A DNA stretch of 64,000 bases from Klebsormidium nitens (taxonomy: Eukaryota; Plantae; Klebsormidiophyceae): positions 1 through 64,000 of the forward strand of contig DF237319.1 in the NCBI GenBank assembly GCA_000708835.1, read 5' to 3'. A program made the position numbers and the translations under genes. The stretch's first letter is position 1, and each line of letters starts with the position of its first letter. The notes under the pieces are model-generated. The model was not told the DNA's origin. It searched no databases and was given only the letters and a program-made list of their open reading frames with translations. This document shows positions 44,094 through 56,641 of the stretch, piece after piece.

Positions 44094-45748
44094 TCAAAAG
44101 CTTACAGCCATGGGCGCGATTGAGATGCCAGGGGCGTTTGACGACCGTAACCTAGGCCCGTTGTCGGGCTTGCCCATGCCTGATGCTAGGTCGGCGTCAA
44201 GTTGCGTGTGTGGAGCTTCTTTTGCCAGAAGCTTTACCCTGAATGACAGCAAGTGCACAAAAACGTCAACCAGGAAGATCAACTAGAAAGAATCGGGCCA
44301 TAAGATGGTTCACTGTTTGAAAACCACAGCTCTAGAGGACTGGTTCGCGTGTTCGAGAGTTCGAGTGCCATACTCAACAAGGCTTCCAAAAGCATTATGG
44401 TGGTCAATCTCAAAGTGAACTGTGCCCGGCAGAACATAAACGTACCTCCTTTTATGTGGCCGTGTTTCGTTGTGTTTCTCCCTTACATCAGCCGAAGAAA
44501 AGTGTCGACTGCAAGGACAAGAAAATTAAATCAGCCGATGAAAAGCGTCGACTGCAAGGACAACAGAACGGGTGACGAAAAGGCTTCTTCTTCTCGGAAC
44601 ACAAGGATGGAAATCATGAGTTCAGTTTAAGAAGCTCGAAACCCTTCGTGTTGCAGGTTTGAAACATAGTCAATTACATACTAAATGCGCAGCAGTGTTG
44701 AAGAAAAGGGCTTGCAAAATGCATTGTGATTTGAGAGATCAGTTGCTCCCCGTCTTCCTGACCCCCTTCTTTCAAATCTCTCAACGCAAGCAAGGCAAGT
44801 CTAAGCCCAAAGAGCCCCGAAGACCGTTGCAATCTAAACCTGATGCCCTTCCAGATCACCCTGTGGACTACACTTCACAATCCGTCATGCCCCTGCCAAG
44901 CTCGCTCACCCAAGCATTCGAAACTCATATTCTGAGTCCACAAATATTAGCACCCCATGCCCTACAATACCTGCAATCGGGCCCAAGCATTCTCAAAGAT
45001 AGACAGCAAAAGCAAACCAACGATGAAAGTCAGTCACAGTGGGCAGAGTACCGCGCAAAGATGAACCCAGTGATAGTCTCACTCGCAAAGGAGGCAATAG
45101 TAAGCAAAATCAGCGATGAAACTTACTCGCAAGACAGCAACAGCGGGCATGGAATGAGGAAACCAGAAATGGCACTTACTCGCAGTGGACGCAGTAGTGC
45201 TGCCCCATACCCGGCAGGTCCTCGTCCTTGTCATGGGCAACCTTGGCGCCCGTGTCGGTCGCAGCTTTTAGGGCGTCATAGATCATATCGTCACGTGCAG
45301 TGGCGTCAAGGTGGGAAGCAGGGGAAAATAAAAGAGCGCACAAAAGCCAGCATTTGATGCAGGCCAAACGGAACATGAATGATGCCTTTGACAATGAAAG
45401 TCTGCTTCACTTTTGATCCACATGCCAGAATGGAATCTATTTGTCCTCCCCCAGAAGACCACCTTTCAAAGTGGTTCTAGCATCACGCTAACAGACATAG
45501 ATGATTACGAACCCATTGGTAGCCTCTCAAAGTCGAAGTGATCAGCTTACAAAAGCTACCAAGAGCGGCTTTCATGTCGCACAAGAAAGCATTGTGACAT
45601 CCAAGAACCAAATGGCAGGTAACAAGTAATCACAAGAGAGACAGCTTTGAAGGATATCTTTCCGCAGAAACTTCCCCCGGCTTGCTTGCTTGTGCAGTAA
45701 CCCTTTCCCCCTCTTCCCTTTGTTTTTGTTGTTGGGACAACGCCCCAT
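44094..45748 (-). CDS. ZNF593: ZNF593/BUD20-like C2H2 zinc-finger 60S ribosome biogenesis factor, 4 exons, 137 aa
   Basis: Exons: 45748-45658, 45294-45180, 44508-44446, 44238-44094 (414 nt). Spliced protein: MGRCP..KFLRKGDDMIYDAL..DEDLPGMGQHYCVHCDRHFSSADVREKHNETRPHKRRVK..PHTQLDADLASGMGKPDNGP. Confidence 0.92.
45295..45657 (-). other. U12-type (minor spliceosome) AT-AC intron, 363 nt, first intron of ZNF593
   Basis: 5' splice site ATATCCTT (45657-45650), branch site CCTTGAC (45311-45305), 3' end ..TGCAC. Removing it restores K-G-D-D in frame. Confidence 0.92.
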
Positions 45749-45948
45749 ATTGACACTGCTGGCTTGCAACGCTCTGCCCTTTAGATTTTGGGATCAAGAA
45801 GGCTGGCAATAAACTCTGTTTCAAATTTGCGCGCCAAATGACGGGCGTTTTATGGCGGTGCAAGCGAAGCTATATAGGAGTTGATGAGGGTCCGTGCAAC
45901 TTCTCAAAACTGGTGGTGGTACTTTTGATGGCTTCTCTTGCTGCCTTT

Positions 45949-46485
45949 CTACCAGTGGGCAACAGTGTAGAACGGTTTCACCCTGAAGGCTATGTCCAGA
46001 CTAAGCAGTACGGAGTCAGACTGCTGGTCAACTCTCCATGGTAATGGTCTTTGACAGCGGTAAAGGTACTTGAAAGCCCTACCGTGGCCTACGTATGCAG
46101 GGGGATCCCGCTGGAGCGCGCTTTGCATGAAGTTTAGAGTGTGCGTGTGTTCTGCACCCGTTCTGCATCCAGGAGGTAGATATACGGCCATGAAAGAGCG
46201 CCTGATACAGTGGTAGAGAATATCCATGAGCTCATCGATTCGCTTGCATCTGCGAGGAAAAACTAGCAAGTAGGCCTCAAGATTGTCAAGCTGCCGCTCA
46301 GGTCCAACAGGATGGACGGTGCACAGGAGCCAACTCGCATGTCCGAAGCTGGCAGAGTTTAAGGTAGCGTGAGACAAACAGCGCGCAGGCGCCATTAGCT
46401 GATTGAGTAATTCATCCGCGCTGGTGCAAAGTATGACCCTTTTGTTTCTGCTTGATGGAGTTAGTGGCGGTGGCCAGTGCATCAA
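45949..46485 (-). other. Unassigned 178-codon ORF, possibly a decayed coding remnant
   Basis: Open frame with plausible composition (..LDNLEAYLLVFPRRCKRIDELMDILYHCIRRSFMAVY..) but no recognisable motif. Confidence 0.2.
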
Positions 46486-47482
46486 TGGATCTGAAAGTTA
46501 CTTAGATGTGTATGAAGGAAGGAGAAGTTGACCAAGAAGAATGCAAACAAGCGCAGCAACTCTGTGAGACCTAGAAGCACTGAGCTGCAAGAGGGGGAAG
46601 GGATTCAGAACGGCATAACATGGCGATATATGCCGCGGCAGCTGTTACAGTGTCGACTTGCCAGCGGGCACCCAGAATTTGCAGAAGCAGACTTCACTCT
46701 CTGCACAGCTCGTAAGCCACCCTGCTTTCTAAATGTGGTCCTTTGATAGGAAAGGCCCCATTATGACAATAAGTCCTTGCATGAGATTGAGCCCCAAGAC
46801 TTGGACAGTTTTGCCAAGACTGATCCTCCTTGTCAGATGCTTCTCTTGCGCGGTTTATAACAGTCAGAGGTGCATTACCCTTAAACGGACCAGTATCCCC
46901 CTGGTGCAGCTCCTCTTGCTCCTGGTCAAAAGCGCACCGCGCGCCGCGCAAGCATACACGTCCAGTGACTCGAGACCGAGAGAGGGTCCAACAGCAGGCG
47001 GTCATTGTCATGCCGCCTGTGGCGCTTATAGTCCCTCTTTGGCCACTTGAGTGTTCTCCAGGTTGGTTAATCTTACAAAAAAGCCAATGCAATTTCGCGC
47101 AACATCAAGGACTTTCTAAAATCAGAGAAGGAAAGGTTGCGGGTTGCCGCTTGAATGTTTGCAACCAAACTTGAGCGGGGTCTCCCAGGTTTCTCCTGCC
47201 CCTTCCGGTCAACCTGCCAAGAAATTGCTTATTTTCGCGAAGGCTGCACTGTCGGGTCTTGGTCCGTAGCGGGGCCGACTGCGCGCCACATGTGTGCCCT
47301 GTGGTACCTTCGACCTGTCCTGAATGCACCCCTGGTCCGCATTTGCAAACGGCTCCGAATGACGGAAGCCCCGCCGTCGCGCTTAGACCTGATAGATCAG
47401 GAGATGCTTTGGCCAGACAAACCCGGAAGGTTTTCCTCCACCGACAGACAAAGCTATGTCGAATGTGCAACCAGGGCTTTTA

Positions 47483-47526
47483 ACAATAAAGGCGCCATGT
47501 TCCTACAATAAAGGCGCCATGTTCCT
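47483..47526. repeat. Perfect 22-bp tandem duplication
   Basis: acaataaaggcgccatgttcct occurs twice. Confidence 0.95.
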
Positions 47527-47767
47527 ATATGGCCCATGAAACAAGACCCTTGAAACAAGACTCCGTTGAAGGGGTGGACCTTGTCAAATGCCACGCGCAG
47601 GAGCAGGACAAGACTGCAAAGCGGTAGAACAAAGGTAAGGATTCAGGGCTGCACTGAGTCTGGCTGCTGGGTCTGGTGCGTAACTGAGTAATTGTGTTGT
47701 GTTGAGAAGAGTCCCGCCAAATGCCTGGACGCGGTTGCTGGGCTGACGGCTTTCAGGGCCTGGAGGA

Positions 47768-48459
47768 TTGTGTTCACATGATAGCAAAGGAAGGAGTGGT
47801 CAAGGGATAATAACGACGGGGAAGGTAGGCGGGGGATCGAGGGAGACGGTGATTTACGGGCTGAGGCAACAAGGCTGCCGGGCAAGAAGCTTTCGGTTCA
47901 GAGAACTTGGAGGGTCCTTTCTGTTGCCAACTAAACTAGACGTGGTGATTGAAGCGACTGATCAGCTTGAAAATAACTTTGCAGAGGTACATCTTATGAC
48001 TGCGAGGAAGGTTTGCAGCGGACGAGTTACTGCAGTTTGCAAGCGGAGGGCTCCGGCGGCCCTCGAAGCAACTGCTGCCTCTGCTGTATGTTGATCTGAT
48101 GGTTTCGCTTCTTCAGGTCTGTCTGAGATGAGAATGTTAACGCCTGCTCAGAAGCAATCTTTCCTGACTAAAATTCGAGACCAAGTGTTTCGTTCTTCTT
48201 GTCGTTGCCAGGGAGGACTAGAAGGGGCGACGAGCTGCCAGGATACAACAAGCGCCGCCTGCGAAGTATTCTGTCAGGGGAGGCTAAGGCGCTTGGGCAG
48301 TCGGAGAGAGGGAGCGAAGTCTGGCTCCAAAGACGTTCCGCTCTTGCCCTCTGTAACGGGTTTCAACACATGCGAGCGCACATTAAAGGCCCTTGTTTTG
48401 ATGGACACCAGTGTTTGAGGACCGCGTATTCTGTGTTAGTCAGTAGCTATCGGTTGTAA
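47768..48459 (+). pseudogene. Possible decayed coding remnant
   Basis: ORFs 47768-48094 and 48128-48418 are in the same frame, separated by one TGA. An overlapping shifted frame (48199-48459) is also protein-like. No family recognised. Confidence 0.2.
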
Positions 48460-49972
48460 ATTAACGAACATGTCGGTTGCATGGTCAAGCTGACATGGTG
48501 CTAGCTAGTACCTATCTTTCTGCACCGAAACTGAAGGACGGTAATGCAGAAATATGCGGCGAGAGGATCAGAACTGGTAGCTGCCTGATGTCACGACTCG
48601 CTTTCACTTCTCAATTGGGAATTTATGTTGCAGCGCAGAATCAGCTCAAATGACATGAGAGTCAAGGGCTAGGTTGCCAGCTTTCTTTACGGAAGCAATT
48701 GGAGCAACGTGCGGCGCATTGTATGGAACGTCGGAGCAGATTGAGTCTGAATCCCGGGCGCCCTGGCATGTGTGTGACCATGATTTAGATGCGGCATGGC
48801 ACGCAATCGGTTGACAATATCAGTCAGTGCGAATAACCCATAGCTTCAGAGTAGTTCGTGACTCTCCTTATTAAGTGCCTGTCATGTCATAGGTATCTCA
48901 ACGTACGCTTTGCTATACCCGGTGCACTTGCGGATGATTGATTGGATGCATGCCTATACTCCCATGAGTCCAAATTTGAAGGCAGTACGTTGAATCAAGG
49001 GCGGCGGCCCATGCAGTTTCAAATTCAGTCGATCGTATGTCACTGACTCGGCGGGCCAGCTGCTGAATAATTTCTGCTTGTAATGGAATTGCACATGTCC
49101 AGTATCTTGTGCCGGAGCTCGATTCTTTAAGCTTTAGGGCCTTTCGCGCGTCGACTTTTTGTCATTCTTCATGTCTTCATCTCACTCGTCAATCATGGGC
49201 GCTTCAACTGACCGCTCTCCTAAGACCTTGATTCCAACTTGCTAGCATGGCGCGCGGGGGCTCGAAGACCCTCACGGAAATTGCGCCCTGCATGTATTCC
49301 CGTATAAGCGGTTTGTGAGAGCCATGAAATAAACGCTCCACTAGTTGCGACATTGCATTCAACCCGAGCAATCTCCGCGCATACAATAAATCTACAGAGC
49401 ATTCCCATCTTAAGCGATTTCTGGGGTCTCATAGCATGAATCAATATGAAGGCATGTTCCATCACTGGTGTATATGCAAGGTCCGCTTGTGAAGTGATAT
49501 TGCTTAGAAAGCTTGAGACCTTCAAAAGATCCGACGTCGCTGGATTCTATCCTGATTCTATCCGATCCCGGAATCATGAGTGACTTCGTTAGCTTATATA
49601 GCCCTGCCAGATCTTGATCGGGTCACTAAGTTGTCACCAAACTTATTGCCAATTCCTGTGCACTTCTACTACCTTTCTATTTCTGCACTGACAAGCCTGC
49701 ATTGACCGCGGGACGGGCCCTCGACGGGCCCAGGCTCTTTCAGTACGTCCGCCAGACTTGCCCCGTACCATGAGAAACCTATGTTCGAATTCCATCAACG
49801 GATATATATTGTGGCGTTCTTATACTAGGAAGGTTCTGGACACTTCATTTCCCGTTCGCCACACCATCATTTCTTCTTCTCACTCTCAGCCTATTCGCGT
49901 CTGCCGGTCTGCAAAGTTGTTCCAGCTTCTGGAACTCGAGCTGGCTCGTCATCACCTGGATTCACCAAGGGT

Positions 49973-52900
49973 CTAGCCGATCTTGCGCTCGCCGGGCGCC
50001 GTTTCATCTCTCCCGCTTCCTTCGCTCGGGTATCCCCGCACGCACATCCACGGCGCCGGGGGCAGCTTTTGCGGCCTTCGGAACCCCCTGCCGCAGCTCC
50101 AAGGGTTCCTCACCCCTCTGGAAAACCGCTGGCTCCGGAACGCCATCGAAAACCGTCGTGGTGGTAAACGCTTCCGCAACGTCACCGCCGCCTCTAGTTC
50201 CTCACTCCCTCTCGCTTTCCTCTTCTTGTTTGCACCTTCCAGCCAGTCCGCACCCGGGCCCCTCTTTCGTTCGTTCCTTGCGGGGGAGACCGTGGCGAGA
50301 ATCGCCTTTCGCAGTGAAGAACTCGTCCTCTGCTGGGGCCCTGAAATAGTGCGTTGCAGAATCGCCTTTTGCAGCGAAGAAATCGTCCTCTGCTGCTCTG
50401 AAATCGCGCGTTTCAGAATCGCCATTCGCAGTGGAAAAATCGTCCTCTGCTGCTCTGCTATCGTGCGTTGCAGTGTCGCGATCGCGACGTGGGCCTTGTT
50501 GGCCGACGTGTGGGCTTCCGCGATCTCGCCTTCCAGCCTGTTCCTCAGCGACTCGTAGAGGCCCCGGGCCTCCCGCTCGGGTTTCTCGACTGCCGCCTTC
50601 CGCGCCGACTCGTGAGCCTTTGACAATCTGCAAGATTTGGACTACACGCTCAAGTTTTTGGTCTCCGCTTGCACAGGTTTGATTGCAGCTCTTCGGGACA
50701 CGTCAGACTGATTCCAATGACGGTCGATGGTTGTTGGGAGACCGTGGCTGTGTTGTAAGCTAACGGGTTTTTGACTTCCTTGTAAGAGCGCACGCACAAG
50801 TATGTTGCCGGCTTATATTGAATTTAGGTACTCGACTGTGGTCTACAGGGTATACCGTTGTTGGATCACAAGAGCCCAATGAACAGCAAGAATGCGTTCC
50901 ACTGACGCGGCCGGGCCGAAAGTGGAAGGAAAAAGTCGGCAGCCCAATGAGAATCTGTTAGCTGGGCAGAATCAGGCGCTTTGGAGCTGACGTAAGTCTC
51001 AAGACGTGACGAGTTCACAAAATCAACCTTCGCCGCTTATAGATCTAGTGTGCTCGGAATCATTGAGAACGTTCAAAGTCGCCAGCACAGCTGCGCCGCT
51101 GGCTCCAAGAATCAACGACCCTCACGAATCAAAACCCTTGCAAGCCAGCACTGACAATCATCGTAATTTGTTCGGCGACTCACTCCGTCTGTTGGTCAAT
51201 TTCCCGTTGCAGCGCCTCCTTCGCCTCATTTGATTCCGCTCGCAGCTTCTCCAATTCCGCCCTGAGACCAGCGGACACTTCTTCCGCCTCATCCTTCTGG
51301 CGCTCGAGTTTGATCTTCCCGGCCTCTGCTAATTCTCTGTTGTCCACCTCGAGTTCCGCGATCCTCGCAGCAAGCTCCATTCTCTCCGCCTCAGACCGTT
51401 CCTTTTCCGCCTCTCTTTCCGCTTCCGCTTCCGCCCTTGCCGTTCTTAGCTCCGTGCTTTCCGCCGTTAGGTTCTCTTTCTCCGCCTCTAGCGTCCTGTT
51501 TCTCGCCTCCAATCTAGCCACATCCTCAACTTCAATGCCCAGCGTTAGTGACGTCAGCAGCCCGTCAGCGGGCGCGAGCGCATCGTCGGTGACGATCGCC
51601 TGCGGCGGGAGGCGGGGCGACGCCGGTCTGACGGCAGGAGCGGCGATTCTGTCGTCAGCAGATGGCGATTTCACCATGTGTGCTTGATTCTTCTTACCTT
51701 CTGTTTGCTGGATAATCAGGGACACGCATTGGTACCACCGGTCGACGAAGTAATACTCGTCAATGCTCCTCTTAGTCCACCTAAGAGCGTCAGGATTGAG
51801 GCACCCAAGAGGCACCAGCTCTGCGGATAAGAAAGACGATATTGACAAATATTATCGTCAATGGTCGGAAATTCGCAGGTCGAAGGGGCGCCCCTTGTTC
51901 GACCTACTCTGAGTACTGGGCGTAGGCCACTTTACTGGCGGCACTATCTCCAAAACCGTCTCTTACTGCGGATGAGAACAGCAAAGCTTGTGCAGGACCC
52001 CTAGGTACTACTATGTCACGCTGTCAGCTTCAAAAACGTCACTACCGGTCAAAAACGTTACTACGGCACTCCAACCTAGACCGTGCGCTCAAGGAGATTC
52101 TTAACCCAGACGGTAGAACGAAGTCACTTACCCGTCTCGCAAACGTTGTAGAACGGAGACTCCGCTGAGGGCCTATGGAATACTGGGCTCCGGGCGGAAC
52201 TACGTATACAACCTCCGTCAACTTGATTCGGGCTTTCGTATTCACAATGATTTCGTCCTCGTCAGAAGGACGCCCGTCCGATTTCTCCGATTCGCACCCC
52301 TTCGAGTCGTCCGATCCAATGTAACCTTCAAACTTTCTGTCGCCCCAGTAAGCGGTGACTGGCGGCCTCCCAGCCTCTGTCTTGGCCTCTGTCTTTCCCT
52401 GACCTCTGACTTTGCGAGCCTCCCCAGATAGATCTTGAGTTCAGTGGAATGGCGTGACTGCAAAGAGAGGGGCTGGCTTTAAGAAAAGAACTTGAAACAA
52501 GGACTCAAGACGAGAGGACACCGAAGAGCTCGCAAGTGGCCGAAGAGCTCGCAAGTGGCCGTACGCTGAAGTTTTCGACTAGTGTATAAGCAGACGGAGG
52601 ACAGTGGGACTATATCGCTGCACGGGCGTGTCTTTAACGTCAGAGGGACAAACTTTCTCACCACGATATGCGCTTGCATCCTGACAGACCGGAATGATCG
52701 CTCCTCGTTGAGCCAGACCCTAGTTGATTCCTTTGACCTAAGATGTGACCGTCTATCAGATCCTCAAACACTAAGAAGAGGTCAACGCCATGATCAGCGG
52801 CATTCAGCACCTGTACATATCTTTCCTTTGTACTCACCTTGGCCAAAGCTTGCCCCAAGACATGAACCGCGGTCTTGTCCCGTCCTTCCAGCTTGTTAAA

Positions 52901-54171
52901 CAAAAGGTTCTTCTCACTGTCTCTGCGTCGAAGAGGCATCACTAGCTTCGACGGGCCATGTGGGTCCCGAACCCACGCCGTAACTGACTCTACGACGTCC
53001 TCAACAACCCCCTTTCTCGTCAGGCAAGAGTCTGCGCCGTCTCGTTCTCTCGTCAGAGCGCTTAGGAGGCGCGCCCTGTAGTCAGTCCTTTGGGATCCCC
53101 CTGCCATTTGCAGAACTCTTTGCTGCACGAAAAGAGTTCAGATTCTCGGTTTACAGTGCAAAGTGGGGAAGAAAAACATATGACACACTAGTGTATGCTT
53201 CAGCAAGCGGGCGCCTTCAGCCGACCTTCGTATAAGAACCACTTCGTCTTCCCGAAGTTTTGTTCCTCGAGCTTTAAATCCAATTCTCTGGGCCTTTGCT
53301 GCACTTCTGTGCAAGTAATGGAGTGAACTTTCACGAATCGGCAGCAGCTGCCAGTACTGCTCGAGCTCTTTCCGTGAACGCGACTTAGACGTGACTAGGA
53401 TGTGAAAAACTCCACCTGAGGTCTCAGGCAATCATGACACGCACTCAGCGTTGGATGTGACTACAATGATTGGTGCCGCTCGAGATACACGAGGCCGACC
53501 TTTTCGAGCAACGCATTCCGATTCCTCCACAAATTTGGAAATTGGGTCTTCTTCTGAAAGTCTGACCCGTACGGCTGTCGGAGCTAGGGGCCGAGGACGC
53601 TTCACCTTCCGTTAGAAGGAGAACGTTGACTTGTAACCTGTGGGCGCTGGTCAGTGTGGCGGGGTAGCATATGAAGCAGAATAAAAGTGACTCGTAGTTC
53701 AGACGCAAAGACGATCGAGGATAACGGCACGTGACGTGACTAGAACTTTTGTATGAACAGTTGATAAGTTTAGAACGGCTGGTTTTGCCCAGTCGGACGA
53801 CATCGATTATGCAGCCTTGCAGCGGCAGGCAGTGCAGGCATGGCTTGTCAAATTTGACCGGCAGGCTCAAGCCCTACATTGAACGACTGGAACTTACATG
53901 CAATTTGCCAATCAACTCAATACGGACGATTGTGACGGTACAGATCGTGTACCAGTTCCGCATTGGGTACTTCATGGCATGCCGATTCCTGGCAGGCCCC
54001 CGCGCGCGGAACATGGGGGTACGGTGGCCGGCTGACATATACCGTATCGAAGTAAGCTCGATATGCCCTCTCAGGTTCTCCCATCTGCTTCTCTAATTCT
54101 CCAAATGGAGTATTTGTCAATGCGCGCGTGACACGCACGCCTCGCGCACGGCGGGATCGCTTTGTGGACAT
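49973..54171 (-). CDS. Probable multi-exon orphan gene with a coiled-coil C-terminal half; 5' exons uncertain
   Basis: A Glu/Ala/Arg heptad-rich exon (~51820-51184) ends GA|GTGAGT and joins in phase 2 to the terminal exon 50627-49973 after ttgcag. Further protein-like - strand frames lie at ~52133-52420, 52658-53128, 53138-53431 and 53917-54171. The full model is unresolved. Confidence 0.5.
50299..50472 (-). repeat. Three in-frame 57-60 bp coding repeats (19-20 aa)
   Basis: gaatcgcc(t/a)tt..gcag..gaa..tcgtcctctgctg units start at 50299, 50359 and 50416. They encode LQRTI(A/S)EQQRTI(F/S)xL(R/Q)xAI. Confidence 0.85.
52521..52558. repeat. Perfect 19-bp tandem duplication
   Basis: ccgaagagctcgcaagtgg occurs twice. 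Confidence 0.95.
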
Positions 54172-54554
54172 GCAAAATGGACGACTCTCAGTGGGATTTA
54201 AATCGGGATGCGTAGGAAGGTATTGCTTTCGCTCTGAGGCCGCGTATGTTTATCCATCATCGACCTCGACTTTGCAGTGTTCCGATGACGACGGAACACA
54301 GAGGGTGACTGGACAAAAGCTCTATACTTCAGGTCTCCCTATCGCGAGTTTTAACCAACTAGTGACGGTCGACCGAGTCTTTTTCTTATTTTCGTTTAGC
54401 AGATGTTTGGGGCCCTTTTGCACTTGGATTGTCAATTGGATCAAACCTGGGCCCAGTTGCAGAGCTTGTCGACCCTGCAAAACGCTGCTCCACATAAAAG
54501 TGTAGAAGCACGCATTCAAAACTTCCGAGCGTGACCCGTACCTTTATCAGTCAG

Positions 54555-56641
54555 TCATCGATATCGTATATTGTGGCGTGCAAAATCTTTCAACAGTACA
54601 CTGATTTGGATGTGAACGGTTCCACCTGCTCGTGTCCGTAACCGAAAGCGGTCTCCACTATTGTAGACCGTTTCTTCTACTTTCAAACGAGGTCCACCGC
54701 CAATGAAAAACGCTGCACAAGAGTCGATGGTTCTGTCAGCATCTTTGAAAATCGTCCACCGGAATAGTCGGCTTATAACCTCAACCTTCTGACAAAGGAA
54801 AATTCTCACACTTGATAGTATTTCAGCAACCGTCCATCCATGAACGATCATTTCTGACCGCCACAATTGCTCGTTTCCTGGGATTCGGTCATAAGCGTAG
54901 ACTTTGTCAATCTTGCAGGTTTTGGAACGGCTAAGGGCGGCTTCGAAGCTGGATCCGCAATTTCGGGTTGTAGATCACTACAAGCGTGTTCGAGATCTGC
55001 CAACCCTCTTTTAAAAATGACCAGTTAATACCGCAGGCTTTCTGCAAGAAACCGGAATAACATAACACTCAACCTTGTCATGAAAGGGGGACGGACTCTT
55101 CCACCGAAGACTAACTCTCATATGGAGCCTTTTTTCCCCTTAGAAATGTATCGTTCCCTAGTGGCCACACAATACGAGAGTTCCTGTCCTGCATGGACGA
55201 ACCTGTCGAAGCATGGACGTACTTCTTTTTGTCTTATGCCACTTTCAAGGCTTCGTCTTGACGAATTCGTTTCCTAGGAACGAATCAGTAAAACAGAACC
55301 GATTTTGCACCTAGAGCCACCGATCCCGTACCTGATATTCGCTCCAGCACTGAGCCCTCAGGTAACCACGTGACACAGTCGAGGTCGAAACAGCCAGCTT
55401 CCGTTGGTACATGACAAAAGCCATAGCCGCCTGGAGAAAATGGAGAATCAGATCTACTGTTGGAGGACGAAGGACCTCGTTCAGCACAGAAAGAGAGGTC
55501 TGTGCATTCTGCGCAGTCTGAACAAGCAGCTACACCATTGGGTAAGCGTCCTCCGACCTTCATCGTTCTTTCTTTTAAGCGAAGCTAAATCCACTGGATA
55601 AGGACAATCCAAGAGTTTCAGGACTCCAAAGCTGGCTCCCCTATTTCCATCTGGAGCTGATTGCGTCCAAAATGAAGAGAGTCCGAACCTTGCGCTTGAT
55701 GAAGAGGACTCGAGTCCGTGTCCACATGTCGTTCAACACGGCAAGAACATGGGATGTGGGCTTCCTTTTCGCTGACTGAGAAAGCTCAGGAAAAAACAGT
55801 TTCTTTGAAATTGAAGAGCGTCTGACTCACAAATGTCATTCCGCCCATGTATGTCCTGGTGCCAGACTTGGAAGTACAGCTTGGGCCAGCCGCTCAGGCC
55901 GCGGCAAGCGTAGTGGACATCAATGGGGTGGGACCAGACCGCATCTTCGCCCTCCTAAAGGAACACAGAAGCACATCAAAAGATTAAGCGACTCGAAGAT
56001 CAGAATCTGTCGGATGCCAGCTGTGACCAAGCTCTGAATGTGGTTTTCAATGCTGCCTACTGTCGTAAGGCTCATAGCCTAGTGGCTTGTCTTGACAGCA
56101 GGCTTTCATGCTGGCTATACTGGGCGAGAAAGGCTTCATACTTTTTGAGTAAAGCACACTGTTCTTGGACTGTCCTTCACATACTCCTTCACTGGAGGGG
56201 ATGAGGTTCCAGGGGGAAACAAAGTCCAGTTGAGGGCCAGAATGAGAGAGCTTTGAAGAAAAAGTATGACAGCTGCCCTTGGCACAGACTTGACCTTGTG
56301 GCTCATGCTTGCCCAGCTCACGTTCCATGTTTACGATCTTCCTCATCCTTTTCAAGCTTCTTCCTCAAAGCTCTATTTTGAGGGGCTTGCAATGATCACA
56401 TGAGCTCAACAAAGTGTCCTCATAGAAAGTGGCAAGTCCCCAGCTCTGGCTGCCATGAAGTGGTAACAAGATACTCCAGATATTGCCTCACCGGAGGGTG
56501 GTCCACTTGTGTCTGCCCTTGATCCGTCCCTTCAAGGAGGTCCCAATTCGAGCCAGCCACAATGCCCCACTTGCAAAACACGTTTCGATCTTTGAACCCT
56601 TCTGCTCCCAGAATCTGCCCAATGATGTGAACTTCTGCCAT
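54555..56641 (-). CDS. B9D2: B9 domain-containing protein 2 (ciliary transition-zone MKS module), 4 exons, 176 aa
   Basis: Exons: 56641-56492, 55954-55831, 55430-55332, 54712-54555 (531 nt, GT-AG). Protein: [75 protein letters not shown]. Confidence 0.95.

Noticed and set aside
44659-45357. 232-aa + strand ORF
   Set aside because: Antisense to ZNF593 exon 2 and intron 2; low-information composition and no recognisable domain.
49983-51687. + strand ORFs of 191 and 125 aa
   Set aside because: Antisense shadows of the coiled-coil exons.
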